Source: Flavobacteriia bacterium (GTDB lineage: Bacteria > Bacteroidota > Bacteroidia > Flavobacteriales_D > Crocinitomicaceae). Taken from it: 64,000 nt of DNA. The notes under the pieces were generated by a model, which did not search any database, was not told the origin of the DNA, and worked only from the letters and a program-made list of their open reading frames with translations. Location of the stretch: contig JBKCJG010000008.1 in the NCBI GenBank assembly GCA_046301895.1, forward strand, positions 961-64,960, written 5' to 3'. Positions 61,626-64,000 of this stretch are shown here, piece by piece. Within the stretch, counting starts at the first letter, position 1, and every line of letters begins with the position of its first letter. Position numbers and translations under genes: made by a program.

Positions 61626-64000
61626 ATGAAAAAAATAGTTTGTTGTCTAATCCTTTTTGTGAATATATCTACAGTATTTTCACAAGTTGTGATCAATGAA
61701 ATAATGGTTAAGCCAGGTCCTGATGCAACAAGTTCACTATATCAATCACTGAAAATGTGTTCTTCCTCCACATCCGGAACCGAATACATTGAGTTGTATA
61801 ACGCAGACCCATGCAATTCCATTGATATTAGTTGTTATCTTATAGGATTTAATGTGTTTACATCTCAATCACATGGAACCTTCCGTTTTCCTGCAGGAAG
61901 CGTAATTCCTCCACTAGGATTTTTATCTATCGGTGGACCAAATTCAGGTGCTACTATCAATCTCTTCAACTATTGCTCAACACCTAATCTCAACACAGGA
62001 AACGATAGGTGGTATCTTGAAAACGGTGATGGATACATCATTCTATACGATCCAACAGGCAATGTGGTTGATGCGGTATACTGGACTTTTAGTGCGGGGC
62101 AGGCGAATAAGTGGGGAACAGATTCCGATATAAGCAATCCGCCAACCTTGATAGCTGCAGGTGTAGGGTGTCCAATTGTAACTTCTCTTCCCGGTCCGTC
62201 CTCAATTCCAATAAGTAATGCAAGTTACGCAGGACAAGGACCAAATACAGGGACAGTTTTGGAAAGAACAACCGATGGAGGAGTGACTTGGGCGACTAAT
62301 GCTTCTCCAACTATCAATAACTGCAATGGCACTTGCGTCACCTCCAGTGGTTGTGGTACGGTTTGCGATCCAACCGGAAACCTAGTCATTTACTCGAATT
62401 ACGATGGAGGGATCCTAACCATTAACGTTGACCAAAACATTCCGAATCTCAAGGTAGGGATATGCACTTATGAGCCAATTCAGGTAACTTTCACCGGGCC
62501 ATTCGTTGGCAACATAACTCAAGTGATCTATGCGGGAATGAATTCCAATCAGAACAACAATAATTGTGGTTTGGGTAATTTCACAACCTCGATTACAGGT
62601 GTCCCTGCGGGGATTGTAACGATAAGTCCTCCAATGAACCCGCCTCTTGTTGGGTATACACCAGCTCATGGAAATGGTGCCGGCCCATGGGGAGGTCAGT
62701 TGATAGGTGTTGCCGGACTATGTGACACTACTGTCAACGCAGGAGGGGGCAACACACCGGATGAGGTTGTTTACTATTTTTTAAATGCAACCAGCGGAAC
62801 ACTTCTATTTCACCAAACGCAGTATGCTTGTTGGGTAAATGAGACAATAAACGTTACTACTGGCGGAAACTGTTGTATTTTACCTCCTGTTTCGAATCCT
62901 TGCCCTACGATCACTTCAACGATTTCTGGTCAAACAAATGTGTTGTGCAATGGGCAATCTACAGGTGCTGCAACAGTTACTGCCAATGGTGGAACTGGTC
63001 CATATACCTATACTTGGACACCTGGTAACTTAAATGGTGCAACTCAAACCGGTTTAGCGGCAAATGTTTATTCGGTGAACATTGTTGATGCAAACTTATG
63101 CCCCGGATCAACAACTGTAACAATTACTCAACCTGCTGCTTTGACAGCTCCAACTGCAACCGTTTCAAGTCAACCGACCTGCAGTGTTTCAACCGGAACA
63201 ATAACTGTTTCGTCACCAGCGCCTGCTGCCGGAATAACATACACGGTAACCGGAACTGCGCCTGTTGTGGTACCTCAAACCAATTCGACAGGAATATTTA
63301 GTGGTTTAACCTCAGGCACATATTCTGTTATGGCAACTGTCAATGGTTGTTCATCACCACTTACCAACCTAATCGTTAACACACCTCCAGGATTGCCTGC
63401 AACGCCAACGGCAAGTGTTACAACTTTAGCAACTTGTACCGCTCCAACAGGTACCATTACTGTAACAGTTCCAACACCGGCTGCAGGGACCACTTACACT
63501 GTGACAGGGACTGTTCCGGTTGTGGCTGCACAATCCAATTCAACCGGTGTTTTCAATAATTTAACTGTTGGAACATATGATGTAACAACAACGGTTAATG
63601 GTTGTACATCAACGGCAAGTGTTGTTGTGATTTCAGCACCAATAGGTGCTCCAATTATTTCATTATCATCATCAACAGATGTAAGTTGTAATGGTGGAAA
63701 TGATGGTGCAGCAATAGTAAACGGTTCGGGGGGAACAGGTGCCTTAACTTACAGTTGGTCGCCGGGCTCACTGCCTGGATCAACACAAAGTACTCTTACT
63801 GCCGGAATTTATACCGTTACTGTAACTGATGCATCCGGCTGTTCTAACACGTTGAATGTGACAATCGGTGAACCATCTTTACTTAGTATCACTGAAACGA
63901 TCGTTCCTGCTAACTGTGGGTCCGCCGATGGATCGATCTCCATAGTTGTTAGCGGTGGAACGGGAACCTACACAACTAGTTGGACACCTGGAGGAAGCAC
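61626..64000 (+). CDS. 5' part of a giant cell-surface adhesin: signal peptide, lamin-tail domain (LTD), Cys-rich domain, SprB-type repeats; continues past the window end
   Basis: Not in the ORF track because it has no stop. My translation of frame 3 from ATG 61626 is open to base 64000. MKKIVCCLILFVNISTVFSQ. LTD VVINEIM...EYIELYN...LENGDGYIILYDPTGNVVDAVYW. SprB repeats CNGQSTGAATVTANGGTGPYTYTW and CNGGNDGAAIVNGSGGTGALTYSW. Confidence 0.85.
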   Translation, partial: MKKIVCCLILFVNISTVFSQVVINEIMVKPGPDATSSLYQSLKMCSSSTSGTEYIELYNADPCNSIDISCYLIGFNVFTSQSHGTFRFPAGSVIPPLGFLSIGGPNSGATINLFNYCSTPNLNTGNDRWYLENGDGYIILYDPTGNVVDAVYWTFSAGQANKWGTDSDISNPPTLIAAGVGCPIVTSLPGPSSIPISNASYAGQGPNTGTVLERTTDGGVTWATNASPTINNCNGTCVTSSGCGTVCDPTGNLVIYSNYDGGILTINVDQNIPNLKVGICTYEPIQVTFTGPFVGNITQVIYAGMNSNQNNNNCGLGNFTTSITGVPAGIVTISPPMNPPLVGYTPAHGNGAGPWGGQLIGVAGLCDTTVNAGGGNTPDEVVYYFLNATSGTLLFHQTQYACWVNETINVTTGGNCCILPPVSNPCPTITSTISGQTNVLCNGQSTGAATVTANGGTGPYTYTWTPGNLNGATQTGLAANVYSVNIVDANLCPGSTTVTITQPAALTAPTATVSSQPTCSVSTGTITVSSPAPAAGITYTVTGTAPVVVPQTNSTGIFSGLTSGTYSVMATVNGCSSPLTNLIVNTPPGLPATPTASVTTLATCTAPTGTITVTVPTPAAGTTYTVTGTVPVVAAQSNSTGVFNNLTVGTYDVTTTVNGCTSTASVVVISAPIGAPIISLSSSTDVSCNGGNDGAAIVNGSGGTGALTYSWSPGSLPGSTQSTLTAGIYTVTVTDASGCSNTLNVTIGEPSLLSITETIVPANCGSADGSISIVVSGGTGTYTTSWTPGGS

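Noticed and set aside
1-64000. Prophage, transposon, integron, CRISPR-Cas, restriction-modification, toxin-antitoxin or other defence-island signatures; tRNA or rRNA genes.
   Set aside because: No integrase, transposase, Cas or nuclease motifs were recognised in any ORF. No direct-repeat arrays were found. No intergenic gap is large enough or shaped for a tRNA or rRNA. The window reads as core chromosome with conserved housekeeping synteny.

Overview
This is a chromosomal, mostly housekeeping segment of a Bacteroidota genome, probably Flavobacteriia or Cryomorphaceae-like. That placement rests on T9SS type A and type B C-terminal sorting domains, SprB repeats, TAnnTTTG -7 promoter boxes and the lack of Shine-Dalgarno use. 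I support about 50 densely packed CDS. I found no rRNA, tRNA, CRISPR, transposase, integrase or recognisable defence genes. Contents: five T9SS cargo proteins (1-381, 581-4714, 8592-11117, 59658-61361, 61626->64000). A minus-strand array of response regulator, TonB-dependent receptor, T9SS cargo, response regulator and histidine kinase (6759-14999). Translation and tRNA genes (tsaB, dtd, rsgA, tyrS, truA, selU-selD). Envelope genes (LpxH-like, lnt, OmpA/TSP3, gldA-like). A MarR-headed beta-oxidation cluster (44296-51747). Also purB, rnhB, DAHP synthase/chorismate mutase, DPP-IV and a fused E1 dehydrogenase. I did not find a clear-cut novel multi-gene system; what follows are hypotheses read from raw sequence. 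(1) At least eight genes have a perfect -7 box ending 3-5 nt before their ATG, which suggests unusually frequent leaderless mRNAs. (2) The regulator-flanked receptor/cargo locus has two paralogous regulators, one kinase and strong internal terminators. (3) A C-free AGGTT-repeat element followed by a hairpin occurs in two copies and may be a small RNA or attenuator. (4) A 14-nt motif is shared upstream of marR and of the acyl-CoA dehydrogenase gene and may be an operator. (5) There are several odd proteins: a degenerate half DEAD-box protein, a 7TM protein with an unknown output domain, and a lamin-tail/SprB adhesin. All homology calls come from motif recognition by eye, not from searches.
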